Positions 59,004 to 64,000 of a DNA stretch of 64,000 nucleotides are shown piece after piece. A program made the translations under genes and the position numbers. The notes under the pieces are model-generated. The model saw nothing but the letters and a program-made list of their open reading frames with translations, was not told where the DNA came from and searched no databases. Source of the DNA: a virus (Duplodnaviria; Caudoviricetes). The stretch is taken from IMG/VR virus record IMGVR_UViG_3300012016_000004, positions 8,009-72,008 of that record. One strand, given 5' to 3'. Within the stretch, counting starts at the first letter, position 1, and the number at the start of each line of letters is the position of its first letter.

Positions 59004-59309
59004 TTACATCGTTTTTGCTTTGTTACGCATCGCCGTGAAATCGAGCAGCAGAGCATCGGAGCCACGAATGACTATCTTGGCATCGGTCGTGCTTGGGTGC
59101 GTGGGTATAAGCCCCATATCAACGTACTTTCTGACAAGATACGGAGACACGCTGTGCAGCTTTGCCACAACATCCACTCCCAGAGGCACTGCGTAGAACT
59201 TCTCCGCATTGTACTGCGAAGTCTCAAGCTCCTTGCACCTGCGCTCAAGGCGGTTGTAGTTGTCAACGAAGACAGCCACGTTTCCCATCAATGTTTCTCC
59301 GACACTCAT
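59004..59309 (-). CDS. Excisionase-like HTH protein
   Basis: VDVVAKLHSVSPYLVRKYVDMGLI; TAATG overlap with the cro-like gene. Confidence 0.55.
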   Translation of the reverse strand: MSVGETLMGNVAVFVDNYNRLERRCKELETSQYNAEKFYAVPLGVDVVAKLHSVSPYLVRKYVDMGLIPTHPSTTDAKIVIRGSDALLLDFTAMRNKAKTM

Positions 59310-59533
59310 TACTGTTCGGCTTTTTTCAGTTTCGGGAAAAGTTCCTCCTCCGGGATGCCGGTCACTTTCGACAGCAGCCGACGATGGTCCGGATTGCTGG
59401 GGGTTGTCTTGCCCCTTACCCATAATTTCGCGGTGTTCAAGTCCACATTGCAGGTGGCCACAATCTCTTTTACGAACTCCGTCTTTGGGGAAGTTCTGGG
59501 CGGCAATGCTTCGTAATACTCAGTTAGATTCAT
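59309..59533 (-). CDS. Cro-like regulator
   Basis: 74 aa HTH divergent from the repressor gene. Confidence 0.7.
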   Translation of the reverse strand: MNLTEYYEALPPRTSPKTEFVKEIVATCNVDLNTAKLWVRGKTTPSNPDHRRLLSKVTGIPEEELFPKLKKAEQ

Positions 59534-59675
59534 ATAAAACTTACTTTATGTGTTGCAAATTGCAATGGTTTTTCTTACCTTTGCTTCACCCATTTGGTGT
59601 AAATGTCAAATGGATATGCAAATATAAGCATTTTTTTGATAGGAAACAAGCATTTTGCTGATTATTTTATAGCCT

Positions 59676-60077
59676 ATGTTTACACCTGAAATGCTCGACC
59701 TACTTATCAAGAGATATGCAGATGGCAACCAGCGGAGGTTTGCCGAAATACTGCAAATCCCTAATCCTCAGTCAATTACAGACTGGAAAAAGCGTGGTAT
59801 CAACAGCCTCGAAAACATCGAGCGCATATACCGAAAGTTCGGAGACGAGTTGTCAGCCGAGTGGCTTATTACGGGAGAGGGGGAACCATTCAAGCAAAAT
59901 GCTTCCGGCAATCAAAACAGCACGGTCGTTGGCAATAATGTACATGGTAATGGGAATCATATATCGGCAAACGATAAATCCGACCAGACAACAGAAGCAC
60001 TCATAAGGCAACTCGCCGAAAAAGACCGTCAAATTCAGCAATTACACCAGATAATCATCAATCTTTCCTCGAAATGA
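59676..60077 (+). CDS. CI-like repressor (HTH, no recognisable S24 peptidase)
   Basis: NQRRFAEIL...ITDWKKRG...LSAEWLITGEGEP. Confidence 0.75.
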   Translation: MFTPEMLDLLIKRYADGNQRRFAEILQIPNPQSITDWKKRGINSLENIERIYRKFGDELSAEWLITGEGEPFKQNASGNQNSTVVGNNVHGNGNHISANDKSDQTTEALIRQLAEKDRQIQQLHQIIINLSSK

Positions 60078-60640
60078 TGTCTTTCCTCGCGAACATATTC
60101 AATAAGAAGCATGAGCCGGAAACGACCACAACAAGGCCATACAAGCTCTATGATGCCGAATCCTTCTATTGGAAGTATCGATACGGAATGATATCCAGCG
60201 CCGTTGGCGAAGCTGTGATGGAGAGACGAACAGACGCATGCATCAATGGCAAGAAAAAATTCATTGTCTATGATGATGAGATGGAGGCTATTCTATCCGA
60301 ACAGAAACGAATTGAAGACTTCAATCGCAAACTCGGAGCTGCCGTCGATAACAACAATGACGGCATTGCATTGGAGAAGGCCGGTGACATCGCCGGCGCC
60401 ATATCAAAGTTCGAGGAAAACATCAAGCCGGACACATACTTCACCCTTCATCCATACCTCCGCCTCTGCGTACTTTACCGCCGGGCTGGAGACTACGACA
60501 ACGAAATCCGTGTCATAGAGACCTGCCTCGCCAGGCCGGAGTGGAAGAGCCGACAATACAATGAATCGAAAGAACTGGCCTTCTTCGAGGACCGACTCGT
60601 CAAGGCCAAGAAATACAGAGAACAACACCAACAAAAGTAA
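60074..60640 (+). CDS. TPR-like helical protein
   Basis: NNNDGIALEKAGDIAGAISKFEEN...YLRLCVLYRRAGDYDNEIRVIE. Confidence 0.6.
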   Translation: MMSFLANIFNKKHEPETTTTRPYKLYDAESFYWKYRYGMISSAVGEAVMERRTDACINGKKKFIVYDDEMEAILSEQKRIEDFNRKLGAAVDNNNDGIALEKAGDIAGAISKFEENIKPDTYFTLHPYLRLCVLYRRAGDYDNEIRVIETCLARPEWKSRQYNESKELAFFEDRLVKAKKYREQHQQK

Positions 60641-60644
60641 GTTT

Positions 60645-60998
60645 ATGAGAACAGCTACAGAGAACATTCAGATCATCGGCAAGGCCACCAGCATAGCCGA
60701 GTTGAACGCCGCCTACAACGAGGCGATGATGAAGACCGAGCAGCTTGCTGCAGACGGAGTATTCGAGCAGATGGGGCAGTCTGTCTCAGAGGTCATCGCT
60801 ACCCTCAATCATCTGACAAACTACAACATCGTCCGCATTGCCAACAAAGCCTTCGAGGACTATGAAGCATCCGGACGCACTGACAGAACCCGCATCATCG
60901 AGATTGCCCAGTGCCGTGATTCACTCAAGGAACACGAGGACATCGAAACCGAGCAGGGCCTCCTGGACAGCCTTTGCGACCAATTCGAAATCAACTGA
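60645..60998 (+). CDS. Hypothetical protein
   Basis: Start moved to 60645; preceded by AAAGTAAGTTT. Confidence 0.55.
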   Translation: MRTATENIQIIGKATSIAELNAAYNEAMMKTEQLAADGVFEQMGQSVSEVIATLNHLTNYNIVRIANKAFEDYEASGRTDRTRIIEIAQCRDSLKEHEDIETEQGLLDSLCDQFEIN

Positions 60999-61002
60999 TA
61001 CC

Positions 61003-61269
61003 ATGCCAACGACCGAGATTCCTCAAATCAGCATAGACATCTGCAACCGATTCTTCGAAGCCGTAGAAATCCTCCGGCAGCAGAAGAAAATCAGAGGCAC
61101 CGGCACTCTTGCAAGGGAGTGGGGCACTTCGCTGTTCGCTATGAAGTGGTCCAAGAACCACCCGGACGAGAAGCGAATCAAGGTCGAATACATCTATTAC
61201 ATCGCGCGTGACTACCATGTCTCGCTGGAGTGGCTTTTCTTCGGCAAGGGCAATATCTTCACAAAGTGA
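61003..61269 (+). CDS. HTH regulator
   Basis: RFFEA...YHVSLEWLFFGKG. Confidence 0.65.
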   Translation: MPTTEIPQISIDICNRFFEAVEILRQQKKIRGTGTLAREWGTSLFAMKWSKNHPDEKRIKVEYIYYIARDYHVSLEWLFFGKGNIFTK

Positions 61270-62615
61270 CCACCTTCATCCTCATACACAAGGAGCGCGA
61301 AGTCTCTCCGGTGGCAATCCTGGTCTCATTCCGTGGCCAGAAATACAAGAAGGCCATCGGTGAAACTGTTCCGGTCAAGATGTGGAACGGACGCACAAAG
61401 GCCGTCAGAGTGACGGCAAACAATCCGGAGGCCACACTCATCAATGACCGGATAGATGAGTGGCGCAAGGCCGCTGAGCGAACAATAAACCGGTTCAAGA
61501 AGGCCAAGTCCACGCCTCCGAAGGACGAGTTTTTCCAAGTCCTCGAAGACGAGCGATACGGCAAGAATGACTCGCAGAAATCACTACTGGTGCCTTACTT
61601 TGACCGCTTCATCAGCAGGTATGAGGGTGTTCGCTCGCTCTCGCAAATCAAACACTACCGGGGTTGCAAGCACACAATCGAGGAATACGAGACATTCATC
61701 GGCAGGAAGCTCCACTTCGATGACATCGACATGGACTTCTACAACCGGTTCACTTCCTGGTTCAACACGAAGCACCTCTCCCTGAATTACCTTGGAGAGA
61801 AAATCAAAATCCTCAAGGTAGTGATGAACGATGCCCGGCAGATAGACGGCTACCATTCCAACGATGTGACCACCCTCCGAGGCTTCGCTACGCCGTTCGA
61901 CTACTCCGATACTATCTATCTGTCCACCGATGAGCTTATGCGGCTCTACCTGCTCCGTATTGACGATGAGACTGTCCTTCCTTTGATGAAGAACGATGAC
62001 CACCGCCCGCAGAACGTATCAAAGAAGGTCACGGCGATGCGCAAGGCCAGGGACATGTTTCTTATCGGCGCCTTCACCGGCCTTCGATTCTCGGACTACT
62101 CCAGGCTAAAGCCGGCGAACATCGTCAACGGCGTCATCCGCATCCGCAACAAGAAGACCGGGGTGGATACAGCCGTTCCGGTTCACTGGGTCGTGCAGGA
62201 AATCATAGACAACGGTTATGATTTTGACCATCCGCTGTTCGAGCAGAAGCTCAACGACCAGATTAAGGATGTGGCCAAGCTCGCCGGCCTTGATGACGAG
62301 GTGCTCATCAACCGGAACATCGGTGGCGAGAACGTGGAGCTCATCAAGAAGCGGTATGAGCTTATCTCCAGCCATACGGCCAGGCGCTCGTTTGCGACCA
62401 ATGCTTACAAGGCTGGAATCCCGTCCCTGGCCATCATGAAAATCACTGGCCACAAGAGGGAGACCACCTTCCTACGTTACATCCGCATCTCCGAGAAGGA
62501 GAATGCAGAGATGCTCAAGACATCCACCTTCTTCGTCAAACCGGAGGCCGGAGACGGAGTACCGGGTGGAGTACCAAACGATTCAACCAAAACGGATGAA
62601 CCGTTACAAGAATGA
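61266..62615 (+). CDS. int: Tyrosine integrase
   Basis: FTGLRFSD...KTG...SSHTARRSFAT...ITGH...YI catalytic motifs; likely GTG start at 61266. Confidence 0.95.
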   Translation: MTTFILIHKEREVSPVAILVSFRGQKYKKAIGETVPVKMWNGRTKAVRVTANNPEATLINDRIDEWRKAAERTINRFKKAKSTPPKDEFFQVLEDERYGKNDSQKSLLVPYFDRFISRYEGVRSLSQIKHYRGCKHTIEEYETFIGRKLHFDDIDMDFYNRFTSWFNTKHLSLNYLGEKIKILKVVMNDARQIDGYHSNDVTTLRGFATPFDYSDTIYLSTDELMRLYLLRIDDETVLPLMKNDDHRPQNVSKKVTAMRKARDMFLIGAFTGLRFSDYSRLKPANIVNGVIRIRNKKTGVDTAVPVHWVVQEIIDNGYDFDHPLFEQKLNDQIKDVAKLAGLDDEVLINRNIGGENVELIKKRYELISSHTARRSFATNAYKAGIPSLAIMKITGHKRETTFLRYIRISEKENAEMLKTSTFFVKPEAGDGVPGGVPNDSTKTDEPLQE

Positions 62616-62696
62616 TGAATAAACGTGCGCGAGAAGCAGATATTTTGACGATTCGGAAAATCTCGTTACGAACGTTCGGCTCTGATTTCGCGCACG

Positions 62697-62725
62697 AAGG
62701 ATGGCTCAAAAGGCCATCCTTTTTG
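62697..62725 (+). terminator. Intrinsic terminator-like hairpin
   Basis: AAGGATGGC-tcaaaag-GCCATCCTT-TTT. Confidence 0.6.
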
Positions 62726-62762
62726 TTTATTCTGATATAATAGACCGTTTTTTGTGGGTCAA

Positions 62763-63964
62763 GGTATAGGTGCAAAAAGTAGTTGGTGATACGCCATTAA
62801 ACTTTTTGATATATAGATATTTATGAGTAGTTTGATGAAACGCATTTCATCTAACTACTTTTTTTATGGCTAAAACAAGGCGAGAAAGATGTCCATATTG
62901 TGGCTTTTTAGATACGATAAAGTGGGGGAAACAATGCGGTCATCAGCGCTATAAATGCAACAACTGTGGAAGTCTTTTCACAGCCCGTAGGAAAGATATC
63001 AGTCACAAGAATAGGTTCGTTTGGTTCCGCTGGTGGATTGAGGGGAAGCAGACAATAGAACAGATATCCTTAATGAGCGGATACAGTGTTCGCCAACTCA
63101 AGACTTGGTTCTATGAGTACCTTGAAGAAGCCCCTTCCTGGAAGATCCGGAAGTATGAAAAAGTCAACCTTTTGATAGACGGGACATGGTTCCCAAATAA
63201 GGTTTGCCTGATTGTCTATCGGGCTGATAATATCAAGGCTACTCTTTTCTATCGGCTTACCGATGACGAGAGAGAGGTGGAGATTATTGCCGACTTAAAA
63301 GCTCTTCGTAGGATGAAAATCAGAGTTGAGAGTGTTACGTCTGACGGCGGACAAGACATCATCAAAGCAGTTAAGTATGTTTTTCCTAATGCAATAAGAC
63401 AGAGATGTTTAGCTCACATAGAACGCGAGTGCTTAAACTGGATTACCCAGCATCCGAAGAGTGCTGCAGGTATTGAACTACGCCGATTAGTCTGTCAGAT
63501 CAGCAGGATAAAGACACATAACGATGAACTTTATTGGAAGCGTTGTTTGAGCGACTGGTACGATGAGTACGCAGAGTTCTTGAAAGAAAAAACTGTCTCT
63601 CCGACTACCGGAGAAAAGTCATATACACACGATACTATCCGCAAGGCTTACTTCCACATCTGGCATGCGCTGCCAGATATGTTCCAGTTCATCGATCATC
63701 CTGCTGTTCCAAGGACTTCGAATGGACTTGAGTCATTCTTTGGCCACATCAAGGACCATATGAGAATACACCGAGGACTCTCTATAGAACACCATAAAAA
63801 CTTCGTAAAATGGTACCTGAACTTCAACACTGAAAAGGGTAAGAAGAAGAGGTGACGCCGCCTCGCACAACCAGGCTCGGCGGCTACGGCTCGCCGCTGC
63901 GGTGGGCTACTAGAAACGGCCCTCCTCGCGGCGGCCGTCACCAACTGTTTTTTGCATCATTACC
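62763..63964 (+). mobile_element. IS256-family insertion sequence (1202 bp)
   Basis: Imperfect terminal inverted repeats (GGTATAGGTGCAAAAAGTAGTTGGTG / GGTAATGATGCAAAAAACAGTTGGTG); 8-bp target-site duplication TGGGTCAA at 62755-62762 and 63965-63972. Confidence 0.88.
62866..63855 (+). CDS. Transposase (IS256/mutator-like, N-terminal Zn ribbon)
   Basis: CPYC...C..C; IDGT; VTSDG; QRCLAH; RTSNGLESFF. Confidence 0.88.
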   Translation: MAKTRRERCPYCGFLDTIKWGKQCGHQRYKCNNCGSLFTARRKDISHKNRFVWFRWWIEGKQTIEQISLMSGYSVRQLKTWFYEYLEEAPSWKIRKYEKVNLLIDGTWFPNKVCLIVYRADNIKATLFYRLTDDEREVEIIADLKALRRMKIRVESVTSDGGQDIIKAVKYVFPNAIRQRCLAHIERECLNWITQHPKSAAGIELRRLVCQISRIKTHNDELYWKRCLSDWYDEYAEFLKEKTVSPTTGEKSYTHDTIRKAYFHIWHALPDMFQFIDHPAVPRTSNGLESFFGHIKDHMRIHRGLSIEHHKNFVKWYLNFNTEKGKKKR

Positions 63965-64000
63965 TGGGTCAATGTCAAAAGTAGGTTGTAAAAGATATTC

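Larger units (their letters stand above)
11807..60644. repeat. Dispersed start-associated motif AACGAAAGTAAGT(TT)ATG, about 20 copies
   Basis: Exact CTTACTTTCGTT on the + strand at 14856, 18571, 19539, 26988, 43611, 46068, 51994, 54340, 56445 and 56465; variants at 11807, 14036, 20497, 24147, 41741, 44568, 52385, 58507, 59540 and 60632 (the last in the opposite orientation). Confidence 0.9.
1..62700. mobile_element. Prophage (siphovirus-type, Bacteroidales); left end outside the window
   Basis: Integrase, cI/cro, replication, terminase, portal, capsid and tail modules in canonical order. Confidence 0.95.

Noticed and set aside
62624-62696. Host tRNA/tmRNA 3' end as the integration target
   Set aside because: No TTCGA T-loop or CCA end on either strand.
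1-64000. CRISPR array or mini-array
   Set aside because: The repeated motifs are dispersed and gene-linked, not regularly spaced with unique spacers; no cas genes.
1-64000. Stop-codon reassignment, as seen in some Bacteroidales phages
   Set aside because: Long structural and enzyme genes are intact in the standard code, and TAA, TAG and TGA all end genes.
1-64000. Complete DGR, retron or group II intron
   Set aside because: No reverse transcriptase motif (YxDD) ORF and no template repeat noticed by eye; only a variable-region-like segment is present.

Overview
Positions 1 to about 62.7 kb are the right-hand part of a temperate, long-tailed (siphovirus-type) prophage. The host is probably Bacteroidales, based on TAnnTTTG-type promoters and the gene families present. 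Almost everything is on the minus strand. Reading in transcription order from the right: integrase and immunity region (61-62.6 kb, plus strand), cro/xis, recombination and replication genes, about 35 kb of early accessory genes, a packaging operon, head genes and tail genes; the tail module runs off the left edge. An IS256-family element with an 8-bp target-site duplication follows the integrase. The top candidate for a new system is the operon at 25.7-31.6 kb. It is co-transcribed with the terminase and contains DUF488, an atypical tRNA-Gly(UCC), an amidoligase/degenerate-methylase/Mom-like-GNAT fusion, ParB/Srx, an ATP-grasp ligase, TerS, an opine dehydrogenase and TerL. This looks like a tRNA-dependent DNA hypermodification pathway carrying its own non-translational glycyl donor tRNA. 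Other notable items: a 104-nt tRNA-like RNA with a swollen anticodon arm; a start-associated motif (AACGAAAGTAAGT) in front of about 20 genes, plus an antisense copy in the head-operon leader; a DGR-like variable region; a MuF-GNAT fusion; an ART-like protein; G9 tracts; and a neck gene displaced 50 kb into the early region. All family assignments come from motif recognition by eye, not from database searches.
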